From Candidatus Parcubacteria bacterium (GTDB lineage Bacteria; Patescibacteriota; Patescibacteriia; Patescibacteriales; BM507): a stretch of 64,000 nucleotides of DNA. Every line of letters starts with the position of its first letter. The stretch's first letter is position 1. This document shows, piece after piece, positions 27,247 through 37,418 of this stretch. The notes beneath the pieces are model-generated. The model did not search any database. It was not told the DNA's origin and was given only the letters and a program-made list of their open reading frames with translations. The stretch is taken from positions 10,843 through 74,842 of the forward strand of contig PKTH01000011.1 in NCBI GenBank assembly GCA_002869265.1, written 5' to 3'. A program made the translations under genes and the position numbers.

Positions 27247-28290
27247 ATGGGATTTTTTTCTTCAGTTGATTCTTATCTGGGCGTTGATATTGGTGGCTCC
27301 GGTATAAAAGTGGTGGAACTTAAAAAAGAAGGCAGGGGAGCGAAGCTGGTTTCTTATGGTTTTTCAGAAAACTCAAAAATCAAACCAGGGTTAATGGAAA
27401 ATACTTCGTATGCCGCTCAACTTCTAAAGAAGGTTTGTAAGGATGCTGGCATAAAAAACAAGGCGGCCGTTGCAGCTCTGCCTACTTATGCTGTGTTTTC
27501 TTCTATCCTAAATTTATCAAATGTTACAGAAAAGGACATGGCGTCAGCTGTCCACTGGGAGGCAAAGAAGGTTATCCCCTTGCCGTTAGAGGACATGATT
27601 CTTGATTGGAAGACAATTGATGAAAAAGATGAGAAAGATAAAGACAAGGGTAATATGAAAGTTCTTCTTACCGGGGCTCCTAAGGCTTTAGTAAAAAGAT
27701 ATGTCGATATTTTTAAAGAAGCACAAATGAACTTGATTAGTCTTGAGACAGAGACTTTTTCCCTTGTGCGCTCACTTATGGGAAACGATAAATCAACTGT
27801 CATGATTGTAGAAATGGGGGATGGCACAACAGACATAACGATAGCAGATAACGGTATCCCTTCTTTTAGTAGAAGTGTTGATGTTGGAGGAGGTAAAATA
27901 ACACAAGACATTAGTGAAAAAGGCTCAATGGAATCTGAGATAGCAGAACAATTCAAATACGACCTTGGAATTAGTGCTTTAGGTTCAGGAGAAGTTTCTA
28001 TACCGAAGTTGATTGAAGATAATATTGGACCAATTGTAAATGAAATTAAATACGCTATAAATCTTTATCAAACCAAAGACAATAAGAAAGTAGAAAAAAT
28101 TATTTTGTCAGGTGGGGCCGCTCTCTTGGTTAACTTTTCTGGTTATCTATCAAAAGTATTAGATATAAAAGTTATTCTGGGTGATCCCTGGGATAAAATA
28201 TCATATCCTGACGAGCTTAGACCATTGATGGATGAAATAGGTCCAAAATTGGCTGTTTCAGCTGGCCTAGCCTTAAGAGGAATTTATTAA
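27247..28290 (+). CDS. pilM: Type IV pilus assembly protein PilM (actin-like ATPase fold)
   Basis: N-terminus LGVDIGGSGIKVVELK, the later motifs DMGDGTTDI-like (EMGDGTTDITI) and ILSGGAALL, and its position at the head of the T4P operon. Confidence 0.85.
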   Translation: MGFFSSVDSYLGVDIGGSGIKVVELKKEGRGAKLVSYGFSENSKIKPGLMENTSYAAQLLKKVCKDAGIKNKAAVAALPTYAVFSSILNLSNVTEKDMASAVHWEAKKVIPLPLEDMILDWKTIDEKDEKDKDKGNMKVLLTGAPKALVKRYVDIFKEAQMNLISLETETFSLVRSLMGNDKSTVMIVEMGDGTTDITIADNGIPSFSRSVDVGGGKITQDISEKGSMESEIAEQFKYDLGISALGSGEVSIPKLIEDNIGPIVNEIKYAINLYQTKDNKKVEKIILSGGAALLVNFSGYLSKVLDIKVILGDPWDKISYPDELRPLMDEIGPKLAVSAGLALRGIY

Positions 28291-28295
28291 TTTAT

Positions 28296-29060
28296 ATGTT
28301 TGGAATACAAGGAGAAAAAAATAAAAATAACGATTCACCCAACAAGGAGGGGAAAGTCGATAATAAAAAAATCATCTCAGAATATGATGAAACTTTGAGC
28401 ACAGAACAGAATGAAAGAAATGGCGGAGTTAGTAATAAACTAGATGCTCTTAAGGAAAAACTTGGTCTTCATTCCTCAGCCACGGGGGAGTCAGGGATAA
28501 AAACAAATCTTATAGATACTGATGATGTTGCAACCTTTATAGACTGGAAATCAAGCTCTAGTATTTTTATAAGTTATTTTTTAGTTCTTTTAATAATTAT
28601 TAGTGGGGGGATGGCATATCTAACGTTCTTAGAGGGAGAAAAAGAAAAAAAGGCTACAAGCTACGAAGAAAGAATCTTGGCCATCAAAGCTAATATCTCG
28701 AGCGAAGAGCAAAAGGCTGAAGAGGTCGACAGGCTTCAAAAAAAGATGATTGCCTTTGAGACTATTCTAGATAACCACATTTATTGGACAAACTTTTTTG
28801 ACTATATTGAGGATAACACCTTAGCTCAGGTTTCTTATCAACAATTTTCTGGAGAGACAGACGGAGAGTATAGCCTTCTTGCCAAGGCAGAGAATTCTTT
28901 TTTTACGGCAGGGGAGCAACTCAAGAAATTCAAAGAAGATGAACTGACCGTTGCGGCAGATGCAAGTCAACTGAGTTTATCTTCTAGAGAAGGAAATACT
29001 TTTGTTAATTTTATTTTTAGCTTAAAGGTAGACCCAAAGATTTTTTACAATAAAGAGTAA
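28296..29060 (+). CDS. PilN-like bitopic pilus assembly protein
   Basis: 254 aa with a single central TM (IFISYFLVLLIIISGGMAYLTF) and a coiled-coil. Lies directly after pilM. Assigned by position and topology. Confidence 0.5.
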   Translation: MFGIQGEKNKNNDSPNKEGKVDNKKIISEYDETLSTEQNERNGGVSNKLDALKEKLGLHSSATGESGIKTNLIDTDDVATFIDWKSSSSIFISYFLVLLIIISGGMAYLTFLEGEKEKKATSYEERILAIKANISSEEQKAEEVDRLQKKMIAFETILDNHIYWTNFFDYIEDNTLAQVSYQQFSGETDGEYSLLAKAENSFFTAGEQLKKFKEDELTVAADASQLSLSSREGNTFVNFIFSLKVDPKIFYNKE

Positions 29061-29062
29061 AT

Positions 29063-29698
29063 ATGTCTGACGCTTTTAAAAATTTAAATATCAGTAAGGG
29101 GAAGAGGGCCTTATCATTAATAATTTACAAGTACTCGAATTTGTTAGCAATTTTTTTATTGTTAATTATTTTATTAATTAGTTTTCAGCTAATTATTAAG
29201 CCAAAATACGACAAGATGAAAAACACCTCAGTTGAAATTGAAAAAAGAAAAACCGAGGAAATAGATAAACTGGAAACATATCTAGCTCAACTAAAATCTT
29301 TTAATAAATCTTATAATGAAGTTAGTGACAATGATAAAGAAAGAATGAGCAGGATTATTCCAGGAAACGGTGATTATGAGGACTTAATGGCCGAATTTGA
29401 AAACATTGTTAATAAAAGAAATCTTATTTTAAGGTCTGTGGAGATAAAAAAGACAGGGGCTGCCGCTAGCAATAAAAGAGTGAAGGTGGCCTCGAATGAA
29501 GAAGGCGCTACCTCACTCCCTGAAGGAATAAAAGAGATTATTTTGTCTTTAAGTATTGAAGGGGCCGATTATGATACATTTAAAAGGCTTATGGAAGATT
29601 TTGAAAAGAATCTTCGCATTACAGATGTTAAAAAAATAGATTTTATTGACAAGGGGAGAGTGAGTTTAGATGTTTCGGTTTATTATTATGATTTATAG
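29063..29698 (+). CDS. PilO-like bitopic pilus assembly protein
   Basis: 211 aa with an N-terminal TM, a coiled-coil and a C-terminal alpha/beta domain. Third gene of the pilM operon. Confidence 0.5.
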   Translation: MSDAFKNLNISKGKRALSLIIYKYSNLLAIFLLLIILLISFQLIIKPKYDKMKNTSVEIEKRKTEEIDKLETYLAQLKSFNKSYNEVSDNDKERMSRIIPGNGDYEDLMAEFENIVNKRNLILRSVEIKKTGAAASNKRVKVASNEEGATSLPEGIKEIILSLSIEGADYDTFKRLMEDFEKNLRITDVKKIDFIDKGRVSLDVSVYYYDL

Positions 29699-29701
29699 CT
29701 T

Positions 29702-30019
29702 ATGATAATACAGAAAATAAACAAGAAAAAACTATACATGAATATTGGGGCCCTGGTTCTGATTTTTGGGTTGATTGCTTATTTGCTTTTAAGCACTTTT
29801 TCGTCCCCTAAAAAGAAGTCTAGTGGAAGCGGTCAGACAGTTGATTTTACTAAAGAAGTTGTTATTGAAAAGAAATATAAAAGTTTAAAAAAGATCAATT
29901 CAGGAATTTTTGAAGATCCAAGATATAAAGAACTAAAAGATATGAGCAGAAGTTTTGATCCTGACATAGATACTGGGAATAAAAATCCATTTGAAGTTAA
30001 AGAAAAAAATGAAGAATAA
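29702..30019 (+). CDS. Small membrane-anchored protein, possibly PilP-like
   Basis: 105 aa with an N-terminal TM. The C-terminal FEDPRYKEL...GNKNPF recalls the G-x-x-NPF ends of PilP-like proteins. Weak assignment. Confidence 0.4.
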   Translation: MIIQKINKKKLYMNIGALVLIFGLIAYLLLSTFSSPKKKSSGSGQTVDFTKEVVIEKKYKSLKKINSGIFEDPRYKELKDMSRSFDPDIDTGNKNPFEVKEKNEE

Positions 30020-31745
30020 AGATATATTAGACATATTGGCTGAGAAAGAGATCTTGGGGGTAAACGAAGTTGTAGCGCTAAGAGAAGAGGCTGAAAAGGA
30101 TAAGATCTTAATAGAAGATTTATTAGAACGAAAAAAAATAATAGATGCTGAGGGTATAAGCAAACTTCAGGCTGAGGTTTTTGGCTTTCCTTATGCAAAT
30201 CTTATGGATAAGGATTTGCCGGAAGAAGCTTTGCAGATTATTCCGAGTGAAGTTGCCCAGAATTATCAAATTATTTGTTTTTCAAAAGAAGACAAGAAGA
30301 TAAAAGTCGGTATAGTTGACCCCAATAATTTCAAGGCAATAGAGGCAGTAGATTTTTTGTCAAAAAGAGGAGGATTACTGGCCGAGTATTTTTTAATTTC
30401 TAGGAAAAGTTTTAACTTTGCTTTTAAAAAATACCAAATTTTGTCCAAAGAGTTAGCCTCTGCGCTTGAAACAAAAGAAGAAGACGAAAAAGTACAAGAT
30501 AAAAAGAAAGAAGACGAGGGAGATCTGGAAGAAGTTACTAAAAGCGCTCCAGTGGCCAAAATAGTTTCAGTCATTATTAGACATGCTGTTGAAGGGAAAG
30601 CTTCTGATATACACATTGAGCCCCTGGAAAAGGAGACCAGGATTAGATATAGGATTGATGGTATTTTGCACACCTCGCTGGTTCTACCAAAAAACATTCA
30701 TTCAGCTATTGTTGCCAGAATAAAAGTTATGGCAAATCTAAAACTAGATGAAACAAGAACACCCCAGGATGGAAGAATTAGAATGCCAATAGATGATAAA
30801 GAATATGATTTTCGTGTTTCTATACTGCCTTTAACGGGCTCAGAAAAGGTTGTGATGAGAATTTTGGACACTAATAAGGGCGCTCCTGCTTTAGCCGACC
30901 TTGGGTTTCAGGGACATGCTCTAAAAGTTATTGAGAGAGGAATAAAATTAACAGAAGGGCTCTTGCTTGTAACTGGACCCACTGGTTCTGGTAAATCGAC
31001 AACCCTTTTCTCTGTTCTTAGTAAACTAAATAAAGAAGGTATAAACATATCCACTCTCGAAGATCCTGTAGAGTATCATTTAACCGGGGCTAATCAATCT
31101 CAGATTAGGCCGGAAGTGGGGTATACCTTCTCAGCTGGGCTTAGATCTTTTTTAAGACAAGACCCAGATATTATTATGGTTGGTGAGATTCGTGACAAGG
31201 AAACTGCTGAGCTTTCTATTCATGCTGCGATGACTGGTCATTTTGTTTTATCGACTGTTCACACTATCAGTGCTGTTGGGGCGCTTACTAGATTGATAGA
31301 TATTGGAGTGGAGCCATTTCTGGTCGGGACAACTATGCGCGTAATAATATCTCAGAGATTGGCCAGAAAGATCTGTGAAAATTGTAAGGAGGTTGATAAA
31401 GTGGGAAGTGAAGTGATAGGGAAAATAATAGAAGAACTAAAAGGAGTTCCTAAAAATTATATAGAAGAAATAATTCCTGATTTTGATTTAGATAAGGTTT
31501 CTATGTATAAGGGGATGGGTTGTGTAAAATGTGGCAATACTGGGTATAAAGGCAGGGTTGCGATATCAGAGGTTATCGAAGTAAACAAAAAAATGCAAAA
31601 ACAAATACTAGATGGTAAAAAACATTTTTCAACAGATGAGATCAGGGAACTTCAAAAGTATATTACAATAAACGAAGATGGTTTAATTAAAATAATACAG
31701 GGCAAAACTACTCTCGAAGAGGTGTTGAGAGTGACCCAAAATTAA
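30009..31745 (+). CDS. pilB: Type IV pilus extension ATPase PilB (GspE family)
   Basis: GspE N-domain, Walker A GPTGSGKSTT, Asp box LEDPVE, Walker B DPDIIMVGEIRD, His box GHFVLSTVHT and a tetra-Cys cluster (CENC...CVKC). ATG 30009 is preferred over the TTG at 29991. Confidence 0.9.
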   Translation: MKNKDILDILAEKEILGVNEVVALREEAEKDKILIEDLLERKKIIDAEGISKLQAEVFGFPYANLMDKDLPEEALQIIPSEVAQNYQIICFSKEDKKIKVGIVDPNNFKAIEAVDFLSKRGGLLAEYFLISRKSFNFAFKKYQILSKELASALETKEEDEKVQDKKKEDEGDLEEVTKSAPVAKIVSVIIRHAVEGKASDIHIEPLEKETRIRYRIDGILHTSLVLPKNIHSAIVARIKVMANLKLDETRTPQDGRIRMPIDDKEYDFRVSILPLTGSEKVVMRILDTNKGAPALADLGFQGHALKVIERGIKLTEGLLLVTGPTGSGKSTTLFSVLSKLNKEGINISTLEDPVEYHLTGANQSQIRPEVGYTFSAGLRSFLRQDPDIIMVGEIRDKETAELSIHAAMTGHFVLSTVHTISAVGALTRLIDIGVEPFLVGTTMRVIISQRLARKICENCKEVDKVGSEVIGKIIEELKGVPKNYIEEIIPDFDLDKVSMYKGMGCVKCGNTGYKGRVAISEVIEVNKKMQKQILDGKKHFSTDEIRELQKYITINEDGLIKIIQGKTTLEEVLRVTQN

Positions 31746-31752
31746 TAATCAT

Positions 31753-32127
31753 ATGTCAACAAAAAAGAAAATTTTAATTGTGGAGGATGACGAGTTTTTA
31801 TTGAGTATGTATTCAACCAAATTTGAAATAGAAGGCTATGAGGTGGTTATAGCCGCTAATGGTGAAGAGGGGGTTGAAAAATCTAGAAATTCAAATCCGG
31901 ATATAATTCTCCTAGACATAATGCTTCCGCAAATGGATGGTTTTGATGTTTTGAAAAAAATAAAAGCAAGCAGAGAAACAAACTCAATCCCCGTAATATT
32001 ATTAACCAATCTTAGTCAAAAACAAGATGTTGAACAGGGCTTATCTCTAGGGGCTGATGATTATTTAGTTAAAGCACATTTTATGCCGTCAGAGGTTGTT
32101 GATAAAATTAAAAGACTTATAAAATAA
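31753..32127 (+). CDS. Single-domain response regulator (CheY/PilH-like receiver)
   Basis: 124 aa with acidic pocket VEDDE, phospho-acceptor context IILLDIMLPQMDG, conserved T (LLTNLS) and K (DYLVKAHF). Confidence 0.85.
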   Translation: MSTKKKILIVEDDEFLLSMYSTKFEIEGYEVVIAANGEEGVEKSRNSNPDIILLDIMLPQMDGFDVLKKIKASRETNSIPVILLTNLSQKQDVEQGLSLGADDYLVKAHFMPSEVVDKIKRLIK

Positions 32128-32131
32128 TAAA

Positions 32132-33163
32132 ATGGAAGTAGTTTCAATATTTTTAAATAGAATATTATTAGCGGGACAAAAGAAAAGGGCTACATCTCTT
32201 CATCTGAGTTCTGATAGCCTGCCTATCGTTCGTGTAAATAACCAGCTTTTGGAGGTGGCAGGTGAGCCAGTTGTTGAACATGATTTATTGATGGGGATTA
32301 TTAAATCTATTTTGATGGAAGATGAATTAAATGTCTTGGGAGAAAAGAAAGAAATAACAATTGCCAAAGACCTAGCAGGAGATCTTCGCTTTAGAATAAA
32401 TATTTTTAAACAGAACAACTCATACTCTATTTCTTTTTATTATGTTTCTAAAAAAATAAAAACAATTAAAGAATTAGAACTTCCAGAAGTTTTGTCGGGG
32501 ATAGTCAAACAAAAGACAGGTCTTTTAGTGGTTGCCGGACCGCAGGGTTCAGGAAGAACAGCAACCAGTAGCGCTTTGGTTGAAGAGGTAAACAGTGTAG
32601 GTGGCCACATAGTAACAATCGAAGAGCCCATAGATAATATTTTTGTCAGAAACAAAGCATTAATAGATCAAAGACAAGTAGGTCGTGATGTAAAGACGGC
32701 AGATGATGCAATAAAATATTGTTTAATGGATGACGTTGATTTTGTCTATATTGGGGAAATTAGAAAGCATTTTGAGCTGGCTTTTCCCTTGGCGGCTGAA
32801 CTGGCTTCTGGGAACGCTTTTGTTTTGTTGGAACTTAATGCTACAAGCTCGGTGCAAGTTATTGAAAAACTCACAACTGCTCTAGAGTCAAAGTATAACG
32901 AAGAAGCTGCTCGATTTATGTTAGCTGATGTTTTATCAGCAATCATTACTCAAAAGTCATTTTTCAAAAAACCCACAGGGAAAGTGATTGCTAGGGAGCT
33001 GATGATTAATAATGCTGCCATTCAATCACTGATAAGAGAGGGTAAGCATTTTCAAATAGAAAGTGTTATCCAAACTTCTCGCAATGAAGGTATGATAAGC
33101 ATGGCCAAATCGATTGAAGACCTTGTATCAAGGGGAGTAATAAACGAAAATGATGTTTACTAA
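32132..33163 (+). CDS. PilT-like hexameric ATPase homologue with degenerate catalytic motifs
   Basis: PilT-length (343 aa) and colinear with PilT. Walker A reads GPQGSGRTAT (Arg where Lys is expected). The His box reads GNAFVLLELNAT instead of GHLV..TLHT. Asp box is EEPID and Walker B is DVDFVYIGEIRK. Confidence 0.8.
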   Translation: MEVVSIFLNRILLAGQKKRATSLHLSSDSLPIVRVNNQLLEVAGEPVVEHDLLMGIIKSILMEDELNVLGEKKEITIAKDLAGDLRFRINIFKQNNSYSISFYYVSKKIKTIKELELPEVLSGIVKQKTGLLVVAGPQGSGRTATSSALVEEVNSVGGHIVTIEEPIDNIFVRNKALIDQRQVGRDVKTADDAIKYCLMDDVDFVYIGEIRKHFELAFPLAAELASGNAFVLLELNATSSVQVIEKLTTALESKYNEEAARFMLADVLSAIITQKSFFKKPTGKVIARELMINNAAIQSLIREGKHFQIESVIQTSRNEGMISMAKSIEDLVSRGVINENDVY

Positions 33164-33165
33164 AT

Positions 33166-34368
33166 ATGTCATTATATAAATACAAAGTATTAGATCCGTC
33201 AGGTAAGGCCCTTTCTGGCCTAGTTGAAGCGAATTCAGAGGATTCAGCTGCCGCCACTTTACGTGAAAAAGGCTATTCTATAATTTCTCTATATTTAGAG
33301 TCCGCCGGGGATAAAGCTAAGGGCTCTTTTGTTATCGACAGAGTTACTCCGAAAGATATGGTTATATTTTCTCGGCAGTTATCTGTTTTGATTTCGGCCA
33401 ATGTTGCTATAGTGCAGGCCCTCCGAATACTTGTAGACCAAACAGAAAATTTGAAGTTAAAAATGGTTCTCTCTGAGGTTGTTGACGAAATAGACGGAGG
33501 TTCAACTCTCTCAATTTCTTTTAGTAAAAGACCCAAGATTTTTGATAGCTTTTTTGTGAATATTGTAAAATCAGGTGAAAGTTCGGGTAAGCTAGATGAG
33601 GTTCTAGATTATCTAGCAGATGAAATGGAAAAAGAGTATGACATGCTTAGTAAGATAAAGGGGGCAATGATATACCCAGCTTTTGTCTTAGTGGGGTTAG
33701 TTGGTGTGGGGATAGTGATGATGGTATTTGTGGTCCCGAAACTTACAGCAGTTTTAGAAGAGAGTGGAATGGAGCTTCCTTTTGCCACTAAAGTTCTAAT
33801 TTTAGTGTCCGGTTTGCTACAATCTTATTGGTTGTTAGTGATTATTGGTCTTGTCGGTTTCTACTTTGGTTTTAAATATATTATAAACACAAAAGTTGGG
33901 AAGGTGGTTTTTGATAACGTAGTTCTACGTTTACCAATATTTGGTAAACTTTTTCAATTAATTTATCTCACCAGGTTTACAAGATCCTTCAGTACACTTT
34001 TGGTTGGGGGAGTGACAATTACTCACGGTCTAAAAATTGTCGAAGATGTAGTTACAAATTCAGTCTACAAGGATCTTATTCATAAAACGGTTATTAGTAT
34101 TGAAGATGGGCACTCTATTTCAGAAGAATTTACTAAAAGTAAAAGTATTCCTAAAATGGTTAGTCAAATGATGAATATTGGAGAAAAAACAGGTAGGCTT
34201 GATATGATTTTGAAAAAAATTACAGAGTTTTATTCGAGAGAAATAGATAATATTGTAGCTAATCTAATGACCCTGATGGAACCAATTATTATGGTTATTA
34301 TGGGAGTAGCTGTGGGATTGATGGTGGCTGCTATTATTCTCCCGATGTATCAAATGGCTGGGGTATAG
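33166..34368 (+). CDS. pilC: Type IV pilus platform protein PilC (GspF family)
   Basis: 400 aa with two GspF repeats and three TM segments. Typical N-terminus (YKYKVLDPSGKALSGLVEANSEDSAAATLREKGY). Confidence 0.9.
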   Translation: MSLYKYKVLDPSGKALSGLVEANSEDSAAATLREKGYSIISLYLESAGDKAKGSFVIDRVTPKDMVIFSRQLSVLISANVAIVQALRILVDQTENLKLKMVLSEVVDEIDGGSTLSISFSKRPKIFDSFFVNIVKSGESSGKLDEVLDYLADEMEKEYDMLSKIKGAMIYPAFVLVGLVGVGIVMMVFVVPKLTAVLEESGMELPFATKVLILVSGLLQSYWLLVIIGLVGFYFGFKYIINTKVGKVVFDNVVLRLPIFGKLFQLIYLTRFTRSFSTLLVGGVTITHGLKIVEDVVTNSVYKDLIHKTVISIEDGHSISEEFTKSKSIPKMVSQMMNIGEKTGRLDMILKKITEFYSREIDNIVANLMTLMEPIIMVIMGVAVGLMVAAIILPMYQMAGV

Positions 34369-34512
34369 GCAAAAATATTTTCAGAAATATTAAAAATATG
34401 TTATAATGTGGATAAGTATTTTTATATACTTTTATTAATTAATCCTCATGCTTGTTTATTTAAATTCTAGGATTAAATAAATATGTGTGTAAATTGGAAA
34501 GAGAGGTGAATT

Positions 34513-35016
34513 ATGAAAAAGAATAATCAAAAAGGTTTTACTCTTATTGAGTTGTTGGTAGTAATCGCCATTATTGGTCTTCTATCAACTCTAGCGGTTG
34601 TTTCTCTAAACAATGCTAGAACAAAGTCTAGAGATGCTAGACGTATTGCTGATGTTAAGCAGATACAAACAGCCTTAGAGCTTTATTTCACTGATAACGG
34701 TGAATACCCTGATCAGCCAGCAAGTGGTGTTTGCCCAGACTCTAGTACTGGTCACGTAGCAGCCGCTGGAAAGATTGCTGGTTGTTGTTTAGCTGAAACA
34801 GGTGGTTTCGCTGCAACATGTGGTGGTGGCACTACTTTCATGGGTGTTGTCCCTGATAATCCAGATCCAAATGGACAAGATTATGTATACACAGCCGATG
34901 TCTCTGGTTCATCAAATGATTCATATCACTTGGTTTACTTGCTTGAGGAAGACACCGCTGGTGTTGCTGGTGGAACTCCTCATAACGCTACTCCATCAGG
35001 TATTGTTGAAGACTAG
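34513..35016 (+). CDS. Type IV pilin (probable major pilin)
   Basis: Prepilin leader and cleavage/methylation motif (QKG|FTLIELLVVIAIIGLL) with Glu at +5. C-terminal domain has paired Cys. Own extended -10 (atgttataat, 34398-34407) and a strong terminator. Confidence 0.85.
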   Translation: MKKNNQKGFTLIELLVVIAIIGLLSTLAVVSLNNARTKSRDARRIADVKQIQTALELYFTDNGEYPDQPASGVCPDSSTGHVAAAGKIAGCCLAETGGFAATCGGGTTFMGVVPDNPDPNGQDYVYTADVSGSSNDSYHLVYLLEEDTAGVAGGTPHNATPSGIVED

Positions 35017-35037
35017 TACTTAACAATATTTCAAAAC

Positions 35038-35070
35038 AAAAAAACCTCTTTTAAGAGGTTTTTTTGTTGT
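35038..35070 (+). terminator. Rho-independent terminator after the pilin gene
   Basis: Stem AACCTCT / AGAGGTT with loop TTTA (35043-35060), followed by a T-run. Confidence 0.7.
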
Positions 35071-35105
35071 TTTGCTTATTTTTATGAGAATAGTATAATA
35101 AATGT

Positions 35106-37418
35106 ATGAAAAAAACTTTTAACTTTAGAAAAATACTAGAAATTTTTGAAAGTATTTTAGTTTATGCTATCCCGTTTTTTGTACCCTTGTTTTTTGCATT
35201 ATTTTTCAAAACAAACAATGTCTTTTCTCTGAATAAAATAGTTTTATTTAAAGTTCTGGTAATTTTTTTGTTTTTAGTAAATATCATAAATTTTGTTTTT
35301 TATAAAGACCATAGAATAAGGAGTCTTATTAGTAGATTAAAGGAGAGGAGGATTATATTTCTATCTTTCTTTTTCTATATATTAATATTATTTATTTCAA
35401 CTTTATTTTCCATTTCCCCGTCTTTTAGTTTTTATGGTTCATATGAAAGACAGCTAGGGCTAGAAAGCTATCTATATTTATTATTGTATTTTTTTCTTTT
35501 ACTTATTTTTTTGGATAATAGAAAAAAAATTATTATAACACTTAAGTCTTTGGCTTTCTCTTCTTTTTTTATTTCAGTCTATGCACTCTTACAATCAATA
35601 GGGATAGATGTTTTTACTTGGATTGAGTCTACAGAATTGCGAGTAACTTCCAGTTTTGGACAGCCAAATTTGCTTGGGATATTTCTTGTTATGGCTATGC
35701 CCATAAATATTTTTCTCTATAAAGAGAGTAAGTCAAAATTCCGTTATTTTTTTGTTATTAATTCTGTGTTCTTGTTTGTCTCTCTTATCTACACAGCTAG
35801 CATTAGTTCTTTTTTATCACTTATTTTGACAAGTGGTTTTTTTATTTTACTGATAGCCAGGAAGCGAGGCCTGGTCTCTGTTCTAAAAGACAAGAAAGTT
35901 ATTTTAATATTTTTTATTTTCTTTATTTTTATTCTTAGCTCAAACAAAATTTTTGAAAAAAAGTTTTTTTCAACTATAAATCTTCAATCAGGAAGCACTG
36001 CCGCTAGAATCAATTATTGGCAGGCTGGGCTAAAGGCAATAAAAGTTTCTCCCATATTTGGTTATGGCCTAGAAACCCAGGATTCGGTTTTAGCTAGATT
36101 TTATGATACCGACTGGGCTATTCATTCCAATATTGGCGTTCGGCCAGACAGAGCACATAACATTTTAATAGATAGCTTTTTAACTTCAGGTTTTTTAGGG
36201 CCGCTTGCTTTTATTTTTTTCTACTTTGTAATATTTACTTTGATATATCAAAACATTAAAAGCAAGAAAGAAGCTCGTCTTAATTATGCTATCTCTTTCT
36301 CGTTATTATCTTATCTTATTTATTTATTCTTTAACTTTTCATCGGTTAGTTTAGAAATAATTACCTGGGTATTTTTTTCTATTTTAATTATCATTTCTAT
36401 TAATAGCCCAAGGGATAAAGAAAACACTCCAGATGAGCAAAAGATTTTTTCTAAAAACAGTTTTGTTGATGTTGCTAGCAAGGTTTTTTTGCTAGTAATT
36501 TTTATTTTGCCTCTTTTCTTTTTGCTACGCCAAGAATTAAATAAGCTAATAGCCGACAAGTATTTCTTAGATATCCGTCAGGCTAGAATTAATAATGAAT
36601 TTTTTAAAGCGCTGACACTATATGATTATATAGGAGTGTTAAATTTAAAAACAAACACCTATGATATAAAATTCGCTCAAATGCTTTCTTCTTGGACCCC
36701 AGAAATGGAGCAATACGGCAAGCTTTTTAAGGTAACTGGAGCTAATTATATGAAAAGTGCAGTAAGCAGGATAGGTGGCCGTACATATGAAGAGAGACTT
36801 GCCAGAGCAAGCGTTCTTTCCACTCTGTCAGCTAATGATTCCGAATATTTAGACGATGCCGAAGAAGAGCTTAGCAGTGTTATTTTAGATTTCCCAAATA
36901 TTCCTAGAAATTACTATAATTTAGCAAGATTTTATTTTAATAATAACAAACTTGAATTAGCTGAAGAAAATATATACAAAGCTCTAGAAAGGATACCTAG
37001 CGTTGATAACCAAAATTTAAATAGGGAGCATAAAGAAAAGATTTTGGAGGAACTTTATATCAACAACATCTTGCTTGGAGATATTTACTTGAAGATAAGT
37101 AATTTGCTAAAGGCTTTGGATTATTACAAAGAAGCGAATTCGATATTAGAAAATCCACACAGTAATTATAAAATTGCTAATATATATATTCTGCAGGGGG
37201 AAGTGGACAAAGCTATTTGGCACAACAAGAAATCAATTGAGTTAGACCAAGGTAATTATATTTGGTATTATTATTTAGCAGAGACCTATAATAAAACAAA
37301 AGATTTTGAGAATGCTCTTGTCTTTCTGGAAAAGGCTCTCGAGAGATTTCCAGAACATTCCGAGTCTTTAAAACTAAAAGAATCAATTCAGGCAAATGGA
37401 AAAAATAACAATAATTAA
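35106..37418 (+). CDS. O-antigen-ligase-like (Wzy_C-type) polytopic membrane protein with C-terminal TPR domain
   Basis: About 12 TM segments. Wzy_C-like loop ...RPDRAHNILIDSFLTSGFLGPL. The C-terminal ~300 aa carry TPR-like repeats (YYNLARFYFNNNKLELAEENIYKALE, etc.). Confidence 0.8.
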   Translation: MKKTFNFRKILEIFESILVYAIPFFVPLFFALFFKTNNVFSLNKIVLFKVLVIFLFLVNIINFVFYKDHRIRSLISRLKERRIIFLSFFFYILILFISTLFSISPSFSFYGSYERQLGLESYLYLLLYFFLLLIFLDNRKKIIITLKSLAFSSFFISVYALLQSIGIDVFTWIESTELRVTSSFGQPNLLGIFLVMAMPINIFLYKESKSKFRYFFVINSVFLFVSLIYTASISSFLSLILTSGFFILLIARKRGLVSVLKDKKVILIFFIFFIFILSSNKIFEKKFFSTINLQSGSTAARINYWQAGLKAIKVSPIFGYGLETQDSVLARFYDTDWAIHSNIGVRPDRAHNILIDSFLTSGFLGPLAFIFFYFVIFTLIYQNIKSKKEARLNYAISFSLLSYLIYLFFNFSSVSLEIITWVFFSILIIISINSPRDKENTPDEQKIFSKNSFVDVASKVFLLVIFILPLFFLLRQELNKLIADKYFLDIRQARINNEFFKALTLYDYIGVLNLKTNTYDIKFAQMLSSWTPEMEQYGKLFKVTGANYMKSAVSRIGGRTYEERLARASVLSTLSANDSEYLDDAEEELSSVILDFPNIPRNYYNLARFYFNNNKLELAEENIYKALERIPSVDNQNLNREHKEKILEELYINNILLGDIYLKISNLLKALDYYKEANSILENPHSNYKIANIYILQGEVDKAIWHNKKSIELDQGNYIWYYYLAETYNKTKDFENALVFLEKALERFPEHSESLKLKESIQANGKNNNN

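Noticed and set aside
34802-35023. A 73-aa plus-strand ORF overlapping the 3' half of the pilin gene in another frame.
   Set aside because: The pilin frame is supported by the prepilin motif and a C-terminal disulfide pattern. The alternative frame has no start context or motifs.
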